A stretch of DNA of 13,219 nt, taken from Fonticula alba ATCC 38817 (taxonomy: Eukaryota; Protista; Nucleariida). The notes beneath the pieces were generated by a model that was not told the origin of the DNA, did not search any database, and worked only from the letters and a program-made list of their open reading frames with translations. The translations under genes were made by a program, and so were the position numbers. Positions 9,495 through 13,219 of this stretch are shown here, in pieces; position 1 is the first letter of the stretch, and the number at the start of each line of letters is the position of its first letter. Location: the NCBI GenBank assembly GCA_000388065.2, contig KB932212.1; one strand, given 5' to 3'.

Positions 9495-9645
9495 GAGGGG
9501 GGGTGGAGGGAGAGGGGGAGAGGGGGGGAGAGAGACAGGGAGAGAGACAGGGAGAGAGGGGGAGAGAGGGGGAGAGAGGGGGAGAGAGACAGGGAGAGAG
9601 ACAGGGAGAGACAAAGAGAGAGACAGGGAGAGACAAAGAGAGAGA
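9495..9645 (+). repeat. Purine-rich minisatellite (GGGAGAGACA / GGGAGAGAGG units) at the edge of the large gap
   Basis: Directly visible; it is a long polypyrimidine tract on the - strand. Confidence 0.9.
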
Positions 9646-10549
9646 NNNNNNNNNNNNNNNNNNNNNNNNNNNNNNNNNNNNNNNNNNNNNNNNNNNNNNN
9701 NNNNNNNNNNNNNNNNNNNNNNNNNNNNNNNNNNNNNNNNNNNNNNNNNNNNNNNNNNNNNNNNNNNNNNNNNNNNNNNNNNNNNNNNNNNNNNNNNNNN
9801 NNNNNNNNNNNNNNNNNNNNNNNNNNNNNNNNNNNNNNNNNNNNNNNNNNNNNNNNNNNNNNNNNNNNNNNNNNNNNNNNNNNNNNNNNNNNNNNNNNNN
9901 NNNNNNNNNNNNNNNNNNNNNNNNNNNNNNNNNNNNNNNNNNNNNNNNNNNNNNNNNNNNNNNNNNNNNNNNNNNNNNNNNNNNNNNNNNNNNNNNNNNN
10001 NNNNNNNNNNNNNNNNNNNNNNNNNNNNNNNNNNNNNNNNNNNNNNNNNNNNNNNNNNNNNNNNNNNNNNNNNNNNNNNNNNNNNNNNNNNNNNNNNNNN
10101 NNNNNNNNNNNNNNNNNNNNNNNNNNNNNNNNNNNNNNNNNNNNNNNNNNNNNNNNNNNNNNNNNNNNNNNNNNNNNNNNNNNNNNNNNNNNNNNNNNNN
10201 NNNNNNNNNNNNNNNNNNNNNNNNNNNNNNNNNNNNNNNNNNNNNNNNNNNNNNNNNNNNNNNNNNNNNNNNNNNNNNNNNNNNNNNNNNNNNNNNNNNN
10301 NNNNNNNNNNNNNNNNNNNNNNNNNNNNNNNNNNNNNNNNNNNNNNNNNNNNNNNNNNNNNNNNNNNNNNNNNNNNNNNNNNNNNNNNNNNNNNNNNNNN
10401 NNNNNNNNNNNNNNNNNNNNNNNNNNNNNNNNNNNNNNNNNNNNNNNNNNNNNNNNNNNNNNNNNNNNNNNNNNNNNNNNNNNNNNNNNNNNNNNNNNNN
10501 NNNNNNNNNNNNNNNNNNNNNNNNNNNNNNNNNNNNNNNNNNNNNNNNN
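9646..10549. other. Assembly gap (904 N) inside the antizyme-like gene
   Basis: N run. Confidence 1.
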
Positions 10550-10778
10550 CCCCCCCGCCGCGCCCGAGAACAACACAGTTTCGCCCAACGGCCCGATGGT
10601 CAGCTGCGCGCACGCAAGCAACCGCGCTCCTTCCTCGGAGCTATGGCACCGTCTGCGTGCACATATGCTCACAGTCTCATCATGCGCGTCGGCACAACAG
10701 ACACGCACACACACACACACGCACACATACGCACGCACACACCTGTAAATGGCACATAATAATGTCTCCTTTTTTCAT
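10550..10778 (-). CDS. Tentative 5' part of the antizyme-like gene: ORF1 (ATG 10778, exon to 10743; intron 10742-10653; exon from 10652; TAG 10643-10641), then a +1 frame running into the N gap
   Basis: Donor CAG|GTGTGT at 10742 is followed by a (TG) microsatellite; acceptor is tgcacgcAG at 10653. Spliced ORF1 is MKKGDIIMCHLQTVP*. The +1 frame SSEEGARLLACAQLTIGPLGETVLFSGAAGG is GC3-rich and open to the gap. Alternative acceptors and donors exist (10604; GTGCGC at 10613; GTGTTG at 10576). Confidence 0.4.
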
Positions 10779-11284
10779 GCCCAAGTCGCCAGATAGGCGA
10801 CCGATTGCCGCCGGCAATCACCAACCAGTCCGGGGGCATCGACCACTTTCACGAGGCGGCTGATGTCCCCCGCCGGGCTCGGGGGATCACCGGCCGGGCT
10901 GACCCCGCCACCACCCCTGAACCCAGGCGTGCCATATGAAAAACACCCCTGTGCATTCTCCCTCCCGCTCCGTCCCGCGCCCTCCGGCCTCTGCCGGGGC
11001 ACCGGGCGAGGGGGGGGGGCCCTCGGGTCACGGACGCGGCCCAAGAGGAGGGGGGAACACACACAAACACACACACTCACACGCGCGGATCTCGGCCGGG
11101 AAGATGCCGTGCACCGGTGCCGACACCCAGCAACAGCACCACCGCCGCCCCCGCCCCCGCCCCCGTCCCCGCCCCCGCCCCCGCCCCCCAAGCACTGGCC
11201 ACCACCAACATGGATTGTTGTGCGCGCACGCACAAACACACCGAGGGGCCAGGGAGGCGGCACGGACCCGCGGGTCCGTCGGGA

Positions 11285-11362
11285 GTAAATACACTTCACC
11301 AGGCGTGACGCTGCCACGTGAGGCAAACGGCACCAGAATCCGCGCCAATGGCGGTTACCAAT
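11285..11362 (-). promoter_or_regulatory. Candidate promoter cluster upstream of the antizyme-like gene: two CCAAT boxes, CACGTG E-box, GTAAATA forkhead-like site
   Basis: On the + strand: CCAAT at 11345-11349 and 11358-11362, CACGTG at 11315-11320, GTAAATA at 11285-11291. All lie in a less GC-rich island between the gene 4 stop and the gene 3 exons. Confidence 0.45.
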
Positions 11363-11528
11363 GATAGCAGGGTGCATCTCGGCCGCGATGGCCGGCGCGG
11401 CGACCGATCGGGTGGGTGTGGGAGGTGTATTCTCGGGCCTGGCCCGACCCCCCCCCCCCCCGCCCCCCCCGCCCCCCGGCCACAGAAGGGTGCGCGGGCC
11501 CGGGGCGGCGGGGCATCGCCCGCATGTG

Positions 11529-13178
11529 CTACACGGCTGCGGGCTGCGACCCCGCCGGCGGCGGGAGCCAGGGGAGGTCATCGTGCAGGCCCCCGGGACC
11601 GGGACCCCGCCCCCCCGGCGGAGGTGCCGCCCAGGGGAGCGGAGCCTCGGCCGGGGCGGCGGGACCCGACGACGCGCCCGTCGCCGGGAGCAGGTCGATG
11701 TGCGACAGAAACAGATGGTCGGCCGGCGATTCGCCGAAAAGGGCCACCCCGTCCTCCGGGGTCAGGGCCGAGGCGGCGCGCCGGGAGGGCGGCTGCCCGG
11801 GTGCCGGTGCGCCCGACATGCCGGCCCCCGGGGCCGAGGTGACCGCCGCCGGGGCAGGCACCGAAGGCATGGCCGATGGCGGGTCATGGGCCAATGGCGT
11901 CGGCACCGGCACGGCGGGCGGCGTCGTGGCCGCCGGCGCGACGCCCGTCTGCGCCGCACCGGCCGCCGGCCAGGGATCCGCCACAGGCATCTCCGGCAGG
12001 TTGAGGGCCAGGACCAGCGGCGAGGGGACGCCCGCCGGGCCGGACCCCGCGGCCGTGGCACCCCCCGCCGGGTGGCTCATTGCCCCGGGGGCCGGGGCTG
12101 GGCCGGGACGGCTTGGGTGCTCCGGCGGTGGGGGCGCCGCCGACGGCGACGATGATGGCGGTGGCGGTGGCGGTGGCGGTGGCGGCGGCGGCGAGCCGGA
12201 GCACGCCGGACAAACGCCCGGCGGCCAGGCATCCAGCCGCCGCTGCAAGTCGGCCAGCAGCTGAGTCAGCTGTGGCAACAGCGAGGCAGCCGGATCCGCG
12301 TTCGTGGCAGCCGAGGCGCCCAGGGTGGCCGGAGGACCCGGGGCGGCCGGAGCAACTGGGGCGGCTGCTGGGGTGGCCGGGGCGGCCGGAGCAGCCGGGC
12401 CTGAGGGCCCCCCGGTCGAGGGGACATCCACGGGGGAGGCGCCGCACCGGCACACCGGCGGAGCGACTCGCGGCCCGGCGGTCGCGGCCGCCGCATCCAG
12501 ACGCCGATTGCGCTCCAGCAGCGAAGTCAGCAGGTGGGCCGTGTCCGGGGACAGGGCCGGCCCGGCCCCCGCGCGGGATGGAGCGGGGGCCCGGGCGCCC
12601 GGCAGCCGGGCCTCCGAGGGCAGGCTGCCGGCCAGCGCGGCGGCCGCACGGACGCCCAGGGGCTCCGGCGAGAGGGAGGCCCCGGACTCCGGCGGGTCGG
12701 GCACCCGCGTGCAGGGGACCCGGGCATCCGCCGGGTCCGCGGCGGGCGCCCCGCCGGGGCCGAGCAGCTGGGCCGCGCGCAGGCTCAGCGCCGCCGCGCG
12801 CCGGGAGAACTCCGCCTCGCGCTCCTGTCGGTGCAGGCGAGCCAGCTGCTGCCACCGGTGCTCCTGCAGCCGGCGCAGCTCGGCCTCCTGCTGGCGGAGG
12901 TGCGCGCGCGACTGCTCGGCCTGCCGCTCGAGGGCCGCCTGCTGCTGCTGCAGGACCAAGTGCGCGGGCTGTGTCGCCGGACCGCCGGGCCCCGGCAGGT
13001 AGTAGTATCCGGCCATGGGGGCCGGGTAGTATGTTCCGGGGGGAGGGGCCGGCACCGGGGCCGGGATCGGGACCGGCACCGGGGCCAGACCCGGGGCCGG
13101 CCCCGGCGCCCAGTAGAGCCCAGGGTATGCGGCAGGGGGCAGGGGCCCGGGGCCGGGAGGCCAGCCGCCGTAGCTCAT
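11529..13178 (-). CDS. Hypothetical 549-aa Pro/Ala/Gly-rich, largely disordered protein with a Gln/Glu/Arg-rich coiled coil
   Basis: Uninterrupted ORF from caccATG (13178) to TAG (11531-11529), flanked by homopolymer-rich non-coding DNA and free of intron-type microsatellites. Heptad-like segment LQQQQAALERQAEQSRAHLRQQEAELRRLQEHRWQQLARLHRQEREAEF. No family recognised. Confidence 0.7.
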   Translation of the reverse strand: MSYGGWPPGPGPLPPAAYPGLYWAPGPAPGLAPVPVPIPAPVPAPPPGTYYPAPMAGYYYLPGPGGPATQPAHLVLQQQQAALERQAEQSRAHLRQQEAELRRLQEHRWQQLARLHRQEREAEFSRRAAALSLRAAQLLGPGGAPAADPADARVPCTRVPDPPESGASLSPEPLGVRAAAALAGSLPSEARLPGARAPAPSRAGAGPALSPDTAHLLTSLLERNRRLDAAAATAGPRVAPPVCRCGASPVDVPSTGGPSGPAAPAAPATPAAAPVAPAAPGPPATLGASAATNADPAASLLPQLTQLLADLQRRLDAWPPGVCPACSGSPPPPPPPPPPPPSSSPSAAPPPPEHPSRPGPAPAPGAMSHPAGGATAAGSGPAGVPSPLVLALNLPEMPVADPWPAAGAAQTGVAPAATTPPAVPVPTPLAHDPPSAMPSVPAPAAVTSAPGAGMSGAPAPGQPPSRRAASALTPEDGVALFGESPADHLFLSHIDLLPATGASSGPAAPAEAPLPWAAPPPGGRGPGPGGLHDDLPWLPPPAGSQPAAV

Positions 13179-13219
13179 GGTGCAGCGGGCGGGGGAGGGC
13201 GGGAGGGGGGGGGGGGGGG

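Noticed and set aside
8879-10759. Long ORFs 8879-10738, 9438-10613, 9459-10748 and 9503-10759
   Set aside because: Artefacts of translating through 904 Ns.
8760-10778. Divergent G-alpha or small GTPase reading of gene 3 (VSATYF, RMSAAL, GTEPVSRLIYAV, DIIMCHLQLTIG..ET, VVDAPG)
   Set aside because: No P-loop GxxxxGK[ST] or NKxD motif, and the pieces need inconsistent frames. The gap-free antizyme match is better. An HMM search would settle it.
10743-10790. SH3-like string DLGMKKGDII
   Set aside because: An in-frame stop lies 10 codons upstream with no intervening AG, and there is no ALYDY or WW motif.
1-13219. CRISPR array, tRNA/rRNA, transposon or telomeric repeat
   Set aside because: No repeat-spacer periodicity, cloverleaf, transposase/RT motif, terminal inverted repeat with target-site duplication, or TTAGGG-like array was seen.

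Overview
GC-rich eukaryotic genomic DNA with short, microsatellite-filled spliceosomal introns and two N gaps (8520-8599, 9646-10549). The style suggests a GC-rich opisthokont protist such as Fonticula; that is inference only. I reconstruct four genes by hand from GT-AG sites and frame continuity. (1) A 5'-partial + strand gene (29-4418) encoding a large protein with a Cbl-type EF-hand-like fold, a GRAM domain and a DysF domain. (2) A complete 7-exon - strand PRMT5/Skb1/Hsl7 (7866-4642, 797 aa) carrying an unusual Cys-rich insertion. (3) A - strand gene (about 10780-8760, broken by the large gap) whose 3' exons look like a divergent ornithine decarboxylase antizyme, with a candidate +1 frameshift site (CCA-UAG-C) and several upstream regulatory features. 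(4) A single-exon - strand Pro/Ala-rich coiled-coil protein (13178-11529). No RNA genes, CRISPR arrays or transposons are supported. All family assignments come from remembered motif similarity, not from database searches.
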